64,000 nucleotides of DNA from Acidobacteriota bacterium (GTDB taxonomy: Bacteria > Acidobacteriota > UBA6911): the NCBI GenBank assembly GCA_016929335.1, contig JAFGIY010000199.1, forward strand, positions 927-64,926. Reading direction: 5' to 3'. The translations under genes were made by a program, and so were the position numbers. Shown here piece by piece: positions 1 through 8,704 of the stretch; positions within the stretch are counted from its first letter, which is position 1; each line of letters opens with the position of its first letter. A model generated the notes under the pieces. The model saw only the letters and a program-made list of their open reading frames with translations. It did not search any database and was not told the origin of the DNA.

Positions 1-288
1 CGGTAAATGTCAATGGAAACACCGGCGGGATCTACGAGAACCGGAATTGTTCCGTGCGAAACCATTTGACCGACTATGGGGTCGTCGATCGGCTCATCTA
101 CCCGGCAGGCAAGGCAGTCGTTCACCAGAATGTGGCCTGTGTATACGGCGGACGCGAACGAAGCGCGCCGCCGCACTGCCAGCGGCATGGGAAGCTCAGT
201 TATTATGACGGGTAAACCGGACTGGCGAAGGCGCAAGGCCACGCCGCTCGAAAGCTCGCCTCCGCCACGAACAATAATGAAGGACATG
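1..288 (-). CDS. Partial CDS (first 96 codons, runs off the left edge): tentatively a YqeB/EF2563-family accessory protein of selenium-dependent molybdenum hydroxylases
   Basis: My own minus-strand translation from the ATG at 288..286 gives MSFIIVRGGGELSSGVALRLRQSGLPVIITELPMPLAVRRRASFASAVYTGHILVNDC.... It stays open to position 1 and is absent from the ORF track because there is no stop in the window. The N-terminal IVRGGGxLxSGVA...E.P..VRR..F..AVY pattern recalls TIGR03309-type proteins. Confidence 0.45.
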
Positions 289-698
289 TACAACCTGCAA
301 TTTATACTGTCAAATAATGCCAAAATCATCGTATCCCCAGCCTATCTTCCCGTCAAGGCGAATAAGAGACCGAGATCAATCCCGTTGCTATTTAGTATCG
401 ATCACTCCAGCATGGCCCGCGTTTTTCTTTATTTGCACCTGGCCGCGTCGTTCCCGGGGCCGTATCTATGACTTCTTTGCGTTTTGCAAAGAAGCTTTTC
501 CGGCAAAAACAGCTGAAACCAATAGCAATAGATAAACGAGCTGAGAGCTGAATGCCGACAGCGCGCGGCCTCAATGATTCTTTGAAGATTTGGTTGCGAT
601 CACGGGCCGCGCCAGGAGCTAATTTTTGCGGTTAGGGACTGCTGATACATGGGATGCCGACGGATTTGATTCGATTCATGCTTCCAAATCAAGAGATG

Positions 699-1286
699 CT
701 ATCTTGGTTCAGACCATTTGTGGCCGCAGGAAAAGCAGCGATAGAAACATTCTTGTTTCGGTGACAATTTCCCAGACTCGCTCAGGTTGTCAACCATCTC
801 CGATTCCTCGACAATCCTCCTGGATCCGCACCTCGGACAGGGCGGTTCCGCAACATCGTCTTGCAGAATGGGCGGCAGCCCATCATCGAAGACAAGCCTT
901 TCCATGGCGGCCTTCCAATCCTCGGCAAATACCTTAAGTTGGACGGTTGGTGGGACTCCTTCGGCTGGAGGGGTATCGTCTTCGAAAATCCACGCCTTCA
1001 CCCCTTCCCCTTCAAGAATCAAACGATCGGCTTCGGCATCCAGATGACTCACATATTCGGCAACCGTCATCAGGTTCAGGCCTTCAGTCTCCTCAAAAGC
1101 GCTTCCCGGACCTACCGCGTATTTCAAATCCTTTCCTGAAGAAACGCCGCGTTCGCTCAGGATTGCTCCGACAATGTCAAAAACCTCCGGCCGCCATTGA
1201 TTTTCGTCATGCTTGAGGAGAATCGAAATCAGTTCCTCGTTGCTAAACTGCTGCATATGCTGTCGTATCTCATCCAGGTCTGCCAT
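699..1286 (-). CDS. DUF2007-like (putative signal-transducing) domain protein with a C-terminal zinc ribbon
   Basis: ORF 699..1370. The preferred start is the ATG at 1286 (MADLDEIRQ...), preceded by GGAGGG. The C-terminus has CPRCGS...CFSCGHKW (four Cys). The middle segment LMTVAEYVSHLDAEADRLILEGEGVKAWIFED resembles DUF2007. Confidence 0.6.
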   Translation of the reverse strand: MADLDEIRQHMQQFSNEELISILLKHDENQWRPEVFDIVGAILSERGVSSGKDLKYAVGPGSAFEETEGLNLMTVAEYVSHLDAEADRLILEGEGVKAWIFEDDTPPAEGVPPTVQLKVFAEDWKAAMERLVFDDGLPPILQDDVAEPPCPRCGSRRIVEESEMVDNLSESGKLSPKQECFYRCFSCGHKWSEPR

Positions 1287-1650
1287 GATGCCCTCCTGCA
1301 GCATTAGTTTGCTACCTGCCGGCCGGAAGTAACATAAAAAAATTAGAAAATTTCCGCGAAAGAAATGCACCGCAGGATTCGTGAATGATTACTGATCTGG
1401 TGCCGTTGCATTTGAAAACGAGGGTAGCCCGGCACTGTATTTGAGGGAAGCTTAAATTCCTGTTTTTCCTGCCGGATTTCGAGGTAAAATCTCCGGTTCA
1501 CCGTGTGGAATCATTTGAATCGTCAGTAGTCTGGATCGGAACCCGCATTGAATGCGGCCATCGGGCAATTAAGGCGACGAATTCGTAATAACTCAGCTAG
1601 TGATGTATGGATGGTTAAATTATCCACTGAAATTTATGAGGGAATGAGGA

Positions 1651-3252
1651 ATGGCTAAGAAGACTGCGTCCGAGAAAACAACCCTGACTGGTGCTTCCAT
1701 TAATCCATTGCCAGGCAATGTGCCCTACCGAACCGTTTCACTTTGCCCGGAGTGCGCGGCAAAGCTGGATGCCGAGGTGTTGGAAAAAGACGGCAAGATC
1801 GTCATGGAGAAGACTTGCCCAGAGCATGGTTTCTTTAAAGAGGTTCTCCTGTCGGACGCCTACTATTTCCATCGCATGATGGCATGGAACCGCGATGTCG
1901 GTTGTGGAGTTATCAATCCTGCCATCCCGGATGCCACATTATGTCCGGATCATTGCGGATTATGCAACCTGCATGTCAGTCACCCTGTGCTGGCCAATAT
2001 TGATCTTACCAATCGGTGTAACCTGTCCTGCCCGATCTGTTTCGCCAACGCGAATGTGCAGGACTACATTTACGAGCCGTCCTATGAGCAGGTTGTGCAG
2101 ATGCTCCAGACTCTTCGAGATTCCCGCCCTGTCGCCGGCCGCGTCATACAGTTCGCCGGCGGAGAACCCACATTGCATCCTGACTGGTACCGGATCCTTA
2201 CAAAGGCCGGAGAGATGGGATTTTCTCATGTGCAGTGCGCCACCAACGGTCTCAAGTTTGCCGAGGATTCTTTTGCAGAAAAGTCCAGGGAAGCCGGACT
2301 TCATACTCTTTACCTGCAATTCGATGGTGTCGATCCGGGATTGTACGAGAAAATCCGCGGCCGCAAGGATCTTCTGGATGTCAAGATGAAGGCCATTGAA
2401 AACATCCGGAAGGCCGGCCTCAAGATCGTCTACGTCCCGACCATTGTGGGAGGCCTCAACGACGATCAGGTCCCGAAGATAGTTCAGTTCGCCCTCGACA
2501 CAATCGATGTATGCTCCGGCATCAGCTTCCAGCCCGTAGCCATTACCGGACGAATCGACGACGCTGAGCGCGAAAAGATGCGCTTCACGCTGTCCGACCT
2601 GGCGAATGGCGTCAATAAGCTGGGTTATACGTCAAAGGAGGACTGGTTCCCGCTGTCATGCACGACGCCGATCACCGAGCTTATTCAAGCCTTAAGGAAC
2701 GAACCCAATGTCATGGTTTCCTGCCACCCGCTGTGCGGCATCGGGACTTATTTCTTCGTAGACAAGAACCGGAAGCCGACGCCGGTTACGCGTTTCCTCA
2801 ACATCATGGGATTGTTCGACGATATCCAGAAACAGGCGGACAAGCTCAAAAACAAAACCACCTTCAAGTCTTTATATAACAACCTCAGCAAGTTCAGCCT
2901 GTTCAGCAGCGCCAACAAGCATTTCGACGAAAGCAAGGCGCCTGAAGGTTTAACTTTGACAAAACTTGGACAGACCATCGAGGGACTGCTTGACAAAAAG
3001 GCCGGTCGCGGCACGAACGATGGCACCTATACCTATAAAACCCTCATGGTAGCCGGCATGCATTTCATGGATGGCTACAATTACGATGTGGAACGCGTCA
3101 AGCGGTGTGTTATTCACTATTCTGCGCCTGACGGACGCCTCTACCCATTCTGTGCCTACAACTCGGGTCTTGTTTTCCGCGAAAAGATCGAGAAGCAATT
3201 CTCCTGCTCGAAAGCGGAATATCGCAGGAAACAGGCAGTCAATCTGCAGTAG
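1651..3252 (+). CDS. Radical SAM protein, class D / MJ0619 (Tes, GDGT-MAS)-like
   Basis: 533 aa. It has the CNLSCPICF (CxxxCxxC) radical SAM cluster motif and GGEPTL, an N-terminal Cys knuckle (SLCPECAAKL...KTCPEHG), and further conserved Cys residues downstream. A GAGGAATGAGGA tract precedes the ATG. Confidence 0.85.
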   Translation: MAKKTASEKTTLTGASINPLPGNVPYRTVSLCPECAAKLDAEVLEKDGKIVMEKTCPEHGFFKEVLLSDAYYFHRMMAWNRDVGCGVINPAIPDATLCPDHCGLCNLHVSHPVLANIDLTNRCNLSCPICFANANVQDYIYEPSYEQVVQMLQTLRDSRPVAGRVIQFAGGEPTLHPDWYRILTKAGEMGFSHVQCATNGLKFAEDSFAEKSREAGLHTLYLQFDGVDPGLYEKIRGRKDLLDVKMKAIENIRKAGLKIVYVPTIVGGLNDDQVPKIVQFALDTIDVCSGISFQPVAITGRIDDAEREKMRFTLSDLANGVNKLGYTSKEDWFPLSCTTPITELIQALRNEPNVMVSCHPLCGIGTYFFVDKNRKPTPVTRFLNIMGLFDDIQKQADKLKNKTTFKSLYNNLSKFSLFSSANKHFDESKAPEGLTLTKLGQTIEGLLDKKAGRGTNDGTYTYKTLMVAGMHFMDGYNYDVERVKRCVIHYSAPDGRLYPFCAYNSGLVFREKIEKQFSCSKAEYRRKQAVNLQ

Positions 3253-3260
3253 ATTTTACC

Positions 3261-3311
3261 GGGGACAGTCACCAGTGTCCCCCTATTATGGGGACACTGG
3301 TTGCTGTCCCC
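3261..3311. repeat. Inverted pair of the 22-nt palindromic element GGGGACAC(T/C)GGTGACTGTCCCC; likely a bidirectional terminator
   Basis: 3261..3282 (GGGGACAGTCACCAGTGTCCCC) is the exact reverse complement of the consensus. 3290..3311 (GGGGACACTGGTTGCTGTCCCC) is a forward copy with 2 mismatches. The pair sits between the convergent genes ending at 3252 and 3373. Confidence 0.85.
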
Positions 3312-3372
3312 GTTCGTATAAGCAAGCTATCTTCAATTTTAATAAGGAATTAGCGCGGTCCGACCCCGATGT

Positions 3373-3885
3373 CTAGAGTTGGCCGCAATCGGCAACCAGG
3401 ACTTTGGCTTTCGGCGCGCCTGATTCGGTTCCGAAGCTTTCCATTTTCGTCACTACATCCATACCCTCGACGACGGATCCGAATACAACGTGTCTTCCGT
3501 CAAGCCAGGACGTTTTTACGGTGCATAAGAAGAACTGAGATCCATTGGTGTTGGGACCGGCGTTAGCCATACTGATGATCCCAGGGCCGGTATGCTTAAG
3601 CGAGAAATTCTCGTCAGCAAATTTCTCTCCGTAAATCGACTTGCCGCCGGTGCCATTGTGGCGGGTAAAATCGCCGCCCTGACACATGAAGTTGGGAATA
3701 ATCCGATGGAATGAAGAGCCTTTATAGCCGAAGCCTTTTTCGCCCGTACACAGAGCGCGAAAATTTTCCGCCGTTTTGGGAACGACGTCCGAGCGCAACT
3801 CAACAACGATGCGGCCAAGCGGTTTGTCATCGGCAGTGATATCCAGGAAACACCGTGGAAGTTTAGGACTGTCGGCTATGCTCAT
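3373..3885 (-). CDS. ppi: Peptidyl-prolyl cis-trans isomerase, cyclophilin type (CypA-like)
   Basis: ORF 3373..4008. The preferred start is the ATG at 3885 ([13 protein letters not shown]...) with GGAG upstream. Long runs match the cyclophilin A family: [86 protein letters not shown] and a terminal ADCGQL. Confidence 0.95.
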   Translation of the reverse strand: MSIADSPKLPRCFLDITADDKPLGRIVVELRSDVVPKTAENFRALCTGEKGFGYKGSSFHRIIPNFMCQGGDFTRHNGTGGKSIYGEKFADENFSLKHTGPGIISMANAGPNTNGSQFFLCTVKTSWLDGRHVVFGSVVEGMDVVTKMESFGTESGAPKAKVLVADCGQL

Positions 3886-4043
3886 TATTTTTTCTCCGGA
3901 AACGAAAAAAGCGATTAAAGGCGGAGCCAACTCTCCATGAGTCAGCACAGGAGTATTGTCAAACATGCATCGGCGGTTCAGCAACTTTCCTGGGTGGGAA
4001 TACTGCATCCATCCGCTGAGGCACGTGTTGGAGTCTAACGGAA

Positions 4044-5906
4044 TCAGCGGAGCTTTTCCAGAGGCATAGTTGATTCCGGCTGTGGATTCGATTGGGCTGC
4101 CTGAGTTTCAAAAAACTCTGCCGTCGTGAATGTTGAGGATCTGCCGGTGGCGTAGTAGCCGCGCTTTGCATGTATGAAATAGTCGCTGTCTGCTTTGCCG
4201 TGGTGATCCACCAGACGGACTGTGATCGAGTGAAACGCGCCTCCTTGTGTCGAGCCGGACGGGTAGTAACCGAGCGAATACCTCATCCTCAAGCGGTTGA
4301 TAATGGATCCCAGGGCCGAATCGAGCGATGAAACCCGCCCGACACTGATGACTTCGCCGCCGGTCTCCCGCGTTACCTTATTAACCGGACCACTTCCGAG
4401 GATGAGGTTCGGGATTTGTGCGCCGAGCGCAAGAGGATCTCCTGAAATTTTCAGGCTATAGACGACCGTTTCACTATCCACTGCCGTTTTAATGGTTTCT
4501 GCTTCACTTGTACGGGGATTGGACGTCTGTTGGTTGTCGGAAACCAGGATGATTGCATGACGGCGCCCCGGAGCGTTTCGCGCAAGATAAGTGACGGAGT
4601 CGTGCAGAGCATCCGTGATATTAGTCCCTCCGCCAGTCCGAATGCGGTCGAGTGCATCGGCTATCCGCCGTCGGTCTGTTGTTAAATCCTCAGTGCGATC
4701 GACCGAATCGGCAAAAGAGAACAAACAGACCTGATCCTGCGGTTTGAGTTGATCCAAAGCCCGCGTGGCAATCCGGCGGAGCTCCGCGATATAGCTTGTC
4801 ATGCTGCCGCTCCGGTCGACAACCAATGCTACCGACAGGGGCATCTCATCCCGAGAAAAGCTTTGTATCTCCTGCTGAATGCCATCTTCATAAACTTTGA
4901 AATCATTCATCGTCAGATTGTCTATCAACCGGCCGGCCTTGTTTCTCACGACCGTGTCCACTTGCACCATCCGTACTTTTACACTTATCGTAGCAATTGC
5001 GGATTCGGGCCGGGCGGATTCCGCACCTGCATGGACAGGTTGTGCGGTGGGCAAAGGAGGAGATGGATCAACAGGCGGATTGGATATTGCCGCCTCAGGT
5101 GAGGGCTGTTCCTCCGGCGTTTCATTTAGTACTGGAGTGTTTACGGCATTATCTTCATCGGCAGCCACTGCGGCTATTCGAGCTTCAGCCTCAGGCGCAG
5201 TCAGAGGGGCGCGCTGCACTTGCAGAGATTTTGTCGGGATATCGACCGGTTCATTAAACTGAGCCTCAAACATCGTGCTGCGGGGCAGGTCGAGATCGGG
5301 GCCGCGCTTGATTGCCATCTGAGCTATCGCTACTGCCGCGCCCGCGGCGGCGCCGTACATCGCTCCCTTCGGTCCGGCAGACAAGACTCCAATAATTGCA
5401 CCCTGAGCACTGCTGCTCGCTACGGCTTTGGCATCCGAATCTTCGCCTGAATCACCTTTGAGCTTTGGATCCTCGCCGGCTTTCGGATCAACAGGATCGA
5501 ATCCCATGCGCGTGATGCTGGCCTTGATTGGAAGCGCCGTGCCATCCGGAAGTTTGACCTCGTCAAACCGCAGATGAATTTCGGCGCGTCCGAAAAGACG
5601 GCCGGCACGTTTCGACTTGATAACAGTCCCCCGGATCAGGCTCTTATCGGGAATGGCCACCTCGTCATTGACGACAACGTCCGCGGCAGCCGTGAATTCG
5701 ATCCTGTCTCCCTTGCGGGTAGTACGGGAATGAAGGGGCGTCTCGAGCTGCATAATAAATTTATGGCCGGAGGGAATCGTGATGTGCGCGGGGATGGGGA
5801 GAGAGGATGCAGCCGTTTGAGCAACGGTAATCCGGGCATTTCCAGCCTGGGCGAAGAAGACAATGCCCGCTATCAGGATCATGCCCGCGTTCGCTAGCCT
5901 TTTCAT
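4044..5906 (-). CDS. Secreted VWA-domain protein (VWFA-related acidobacterial type, TIGR03436-like)
   Basis: 620 aa with an N-terminal signal peptide ([22 protein letters not shown]). A Pro/Ala-rich linker is followed by the MIDAS motif [11 protein letters not shown]. The C-terminal RYSLGYYPS...FHSITVRL...KRGYYA signature is present. Confidence 0.85.
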   Translation of the reverse strand: MKRLANAGMILIAGIVFFAQAGNARITVAQTAASSLPIPAHITIPSGHKFIMQLETPLHSRTTRKGDRIEFTAAADVVVNDEVAIPDKSLIRGTVIKSKRAGRLFGRAEIHLRFDEVKLPDGTALPIKASITRMGFDPVDPKAGEDPKLKGDSGEDSDAKAVASSSAQGAIIGVLSAGPKGAMYGAAAGAAVAIAQMAIKRGPDLDLPRSTMFEAQFNEPVDIPTKSLQVQRAPLTAPEAEARIAAVAADEDNAVNTPVLNETPEEQPSPEAAISNPPVDPSPPLPTAQPVHAGAESARPESAIATISVKVRMVQVDTVVRNKAGRLIDNLTMNDFKVYEDGIQQEIQSFSRDEMPLSVALVVDRSGSMTSYIAELRRIATRALDQLKPQDQVCLFSFADSVDRTEDLTTDRRRIADALDRIRTGGGTNITDALHDSVTYLARNAPGRRHAIILVSDNQQTSNPRTSEAETIKTAVDSETVVYSLKISGDPLALGAQIPNLILGSGPVNKVTRETGGEVISVGRVSSLDSALGSIINRLRMRYSLGYYPSGSTQGGAFHSITVRLVDHHGKADSDYFIHAKRGYYATGRSSTFTTAEFFETQAAQSNPQPESTMPLEKLR

Positions 5907-6104
5907 ATCAGAATCCTCACCCGAACCGCCAGTCAGACATCTTAATCCGCTTCTTATTGGATGAAATAAAGCCTGCGAAGTTTCATTCTCATGGCGGGTT
6001 CATCTCGAAGCAATGAAATCGAACCGGCGCTTATCCGGTTTGTGCTGAGGCACTATGAACGAGGGTGAATATGGCAGACTCGGCTTATTCGATCAGATGA
6101 TCGC

Positions 6105-6677
6105 TTATGCTCTGGATACGAATTCGCCGGTCTGTGTGCTGACTCGCACCGTTTCTCCTTCTTTTATGAACAGCGGTACTCTGACCTGCAGACCGGTTTC
6201 GAGTGTCGCGGGTTTCGTCGATCCGCCGGAACCGGTGTCATTGCGTCCACCCGGCTCAGTGGAGGCTACCGAAAGTTCGACGAAGGGAGGCAACTGAACT
6301 GCAATGGGCGTGCCTTTGTATTTAAGCACCTGGAGCGAATTGCCGTCTTTGAGGTAAAGCCGGTCATTACCCAGTTGTGTTTCGGCCAGGGAGAACTGCT
6401 CATATGTTCCTTCATCCATGAAATGGCAATTCTCTCCGTCCGAATATAGGAATGACGCAGGGGCCAGAAGAACATCCGGCTCTTCGAATTTTTCACTGGT
6501 CCTGAAGGTTCTTTCCATCACAGCGTCGGTGATCAGGTTCCGGAGTTTGGTCCGCACCATGGTTGAAGCGCCGCGGGCGCTGGGCGAGGCGAAAAACACA
6601 TCGATGACCGCATACGGTTGATTATCCACTGTGATCAATGTTTTTCTTTTTAATTCATTTGCTCCTATTAGTGCCAT
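6105..6677 (-). CDS. efp: Elongation factor P family protein with an EfpL/YeiP-type extended Arg loop
   Basis: ORF 6105..6704. The preferred start is the ATG at 6677 (MALIGANELKRK...) with GAGGTG upstream. The C-terminal TEPGGRNDTGSGGSTKPATLETGLQVRVPLFIKEGE...TGEFVSRA is EF-P-like. The loop reads ASPSARGAST in place of KPGKGQA. Confidence 0.85.
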   Translation of the reverse strand: MALIGANELKRKTLITVDNQPYAVIDVFFASPSARGASTMVRTKLRNLITDAVMERTFRTSEKFEEPDVLLAPASFLYSDGENCHFMDEGTYEQFSLAETQLGNDRLYLKDGNSLQVLKYKGTPIAVQLPPFVELSVASTEPGGRNDTGSGGSTKPATLETGLQVRVPLFIKEGETVRVSTQTGEFVSRA

Positions 6678-7080
6678 TGTTGTCCACCTCAATCGATTTA
6701 TCATTGATAAAGGCCGTTCCGGTATCCCTAAAGATAGGACAATCCCGCCTGTCAGTAAACACCCGCATGAACCGTGTTCTTCAGCCCCGATAGGCGCGTA
6801 TCTTTCTCCAAAAGCATCAGTGTTTCATCAGTGTAATTCATGCTATAAAATTCTTTTGAGTTTTGGTTGTCGGCAAGGATTTATCGTCTGAATGCTCTGA
6901 GGACAAAAGGCGCGCCGATTGCATCGGAAGGTTTGGCTCTTACGATGAGCAATTGCATCGGCGAGCAGGCCCTTTTTTTGAACTCCGGCCGGGATTTCTG
7001 CCATAGAGGCAACAATCGGGCCTCTTTGGCCGGGCTTCGTATAGAGCGGAATATCTTTTGGGAAAGGATTCAGCGATCAT

Positions 7081-8175
7081 ATGGTTCCGGTATTGCATTT
7101 CCGTCAAGGTAAACCCGGGGACTCGCCGGGAGTGGAACATGATGAAATCCAAAAGCTTCCCAGTGGAAGTGTTCCGGTTTATGTCAGCTGCATAGATTAC
7201 TCTGCCGAGCAGACCCTTTTTCAGGATGTCGATGACCTGGATGACTTCCTGGTCCACCACCGTCCGGAGTGGTCCGCTGTGCGATGGATCAATATCGACG
7301 GGCTCTCGGACATGGAAGTCATTCACGCCCTTGCTGCAAAATATAACCTTCATCCTCTGGCGGTCGAAGATCTTCTTCATATCCCGGAACGGCCCAAGGT
7401 CGAATCGATTGGCGGTTATGAGAGCGAATTTCAGGCCCGCCTTTTCATCATTGCCCGCATGCTGCAAATTCATGATCATGAGCTGGAAAATGAACAGATC
7501 TCCATTTTCCTGGGTCACAAAACCGTCCTGACTTTCCAGGAAAGCCACGGAGACGTATGGGATCCAATCCGGCAGCGGATCCAGATGAAAGGCTCTCGCC
7601 TGCGTTTAAATGACGCCAGTTTTCTTGTTTACGCGCTGTTGGATGCTGTCGTCGATCACTGCTTCCCCATTCTGGAGCATTACGGAGATCTTCTGGAAGA
7701 CCTTGAAGATGATGTGCTTGCCAATCCGCAACGTATGGTCATAACGGACATTCACAGGATTAAGCGCGACCTGCTGATGCTGCGGCGAGTAGCCTGGCCT
7801 ATGCGGGAAGTCATTTCGTTTCTTCATAGAGAGCCGCATGAGTGCATGAGCGACGTCACGCGGGTTTACATGCGGGATATTTACGATCATATCGTTCAAA
7901 TCATCGACATAATCGAAACCTATCGGGAATTAGCGAATGATTTGACCGAGACCTACATGTCATCGGTATCCAATCGCATGAATGAAGTCATGAAGGTTCT
8001 TACGATAATCGGTACTATTTTCATCCCTCTTACCTTTCTGGCGGGAGTCTACGGCATGAATTTTCATTACTTTCCCGAGTTGAGCAAGTCATGGGCGTAT
8101 CCGGCTTTTTGGGCTGTTTGTGTCGTCCTCGCGGTCAGCATGCTGATTTTTTTCCGCCGCCGCGGCTGGCTATAG
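7081..8175 (+). CDS. corA: Magnesium/cobalt transporter CorA
   Basis: 364 aa with the YGMNF (GMN) motif followed by two C-terminal TM helices. The cytoplasmic domain is typical of CorA. The exact start is uncertain. Confidence 0.9.
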   Translation: MVPVLHFRQGKPGDSPGVEHDEIQKLPSGSVPVYVSCIDYSAEQTLFQDVDDLDDFLVHHRPEWSAVRWINIDGLSDMEVIHALAAKYNLHPLAVEDLLHIPERPKVESIGGYESEFQARLFIIARMLQIHDHELENEQISIFLGHKTVLTFQESHGDVWDPIRQRIQMKGSRLRLNDASFLVYALLDAVVDHCFPILEHYGDLLEDLEDDVLANPQRMVITDIHRIKRDLLMLRRVAWPMREVISFLHREPHECMSDVTRVYMRDIYDHIVQIIDIIETYRELANDLTETYMSSVSNRMNEVMKVLTIIGTIFIPLTFLAGVYGMNFHYFPELSKSWAYPAFWAVCVVLAVSMLIFFRRRGWL

Positions 8176-8509
8176 TTGCAGCAATCCATTCCATCGATAT
8201 AGGTTCTGTTGGGGCGGATGCCTTTTCGCAACTCATTTGTCCCGATAGCGCACACAGTTTTTTCAGCAGCGCCCGGGCCTCCGGCGTGGCATCAGGATTG
8301 ACCGGTTCGCAGTTGTAAGCCGCCGTTTGAGCTCGAGCGGGCGGCGGTCCGACCGGAGAAGGCACCCCTGCAATCTGCGGCGATTTGGATTGAGGCGGCG
8401 CCTGAACTGCCGATGTCGTCTGGCCAAAGAGAACCGGTGCAATGCAAAACGACACAATCAGAGCGGGGAGCAATAATGGAATACATTCCCATAAAGTCGG
8501 TAATCGCAT
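8135..8509 (-). pseudogene. Possible remnant: signal peptide plus a GH26-like N-terminal stub, or a small secreted hypothetical protein
   Basis: The 124-aa ORF starts with a signal-like MRLPTLWECIPLLLPALIVSFCIAPVLFGQ. A Pro-rich linker leads to NPDATPEARALLKKLCALSGQ, which resembles the start of GH26 mannanase-type catalytic domains. The similarity then ends, and the ORF overlaps the corA 3' end by 41 nt. Confidence 0.3.
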
Positions 8510-8704
8510 TTTGGACTCATCTCCTTATTTAGCGTCTTCAAATATAGAATTGCCCGTTTTCTATGATATTGCACCAATCAGAATGGAATGGCTCCGGGCA
8601 TCGATGAAAGCTTGGAATTGCAGGATTTAGCCGCATTCGAACCTATGTCTTCGTCCGCATCGGAGTCAGGGCAAATCGATAATGAGCACGCTTTTCCCGG
8701 AGAC

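Noticed and set aside
289-698. A 410-nt gap with a 9-bp hairpin (CTTCTTTGC-GTTTT-GCAAAGAAG, 472..494) followed by CTTTTCC. I looked for an sRNA, tRNA, SRP RNA or 6S RNA.
   Set aside because: There is no cloverleaf and no motif from a known RNA family that I can recognise. The hairpin alone is insufficient. Checking it would need RNA-seq or an Rfam scan.
1651-3252. Considered whether this radical SAM protein could be the activase for the glycyl-radical fragment at 61144..61722.
   Set aside because: GRE activases are proteins of about 250-300 aa with an N-terminal CxxxCxxC and ferredoxin-like inserts. This protein is 533 aa with a different layout and lies 58 kb away.
6678-7080. Looked for an M-box (Mg2+) riboswitch or another attenuator in the 400-nt leader upstream of corA. 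A short hairpin (CCGAT-TGC-ATCGG) and a T7 run near 6976..6990 were noted.
   Set aside because: I could not recognise M-box consensus elements by eye, and the T run is not preceded by a convincing GC stem. A covariance-model scan (Rfam RF00380) would be needed.
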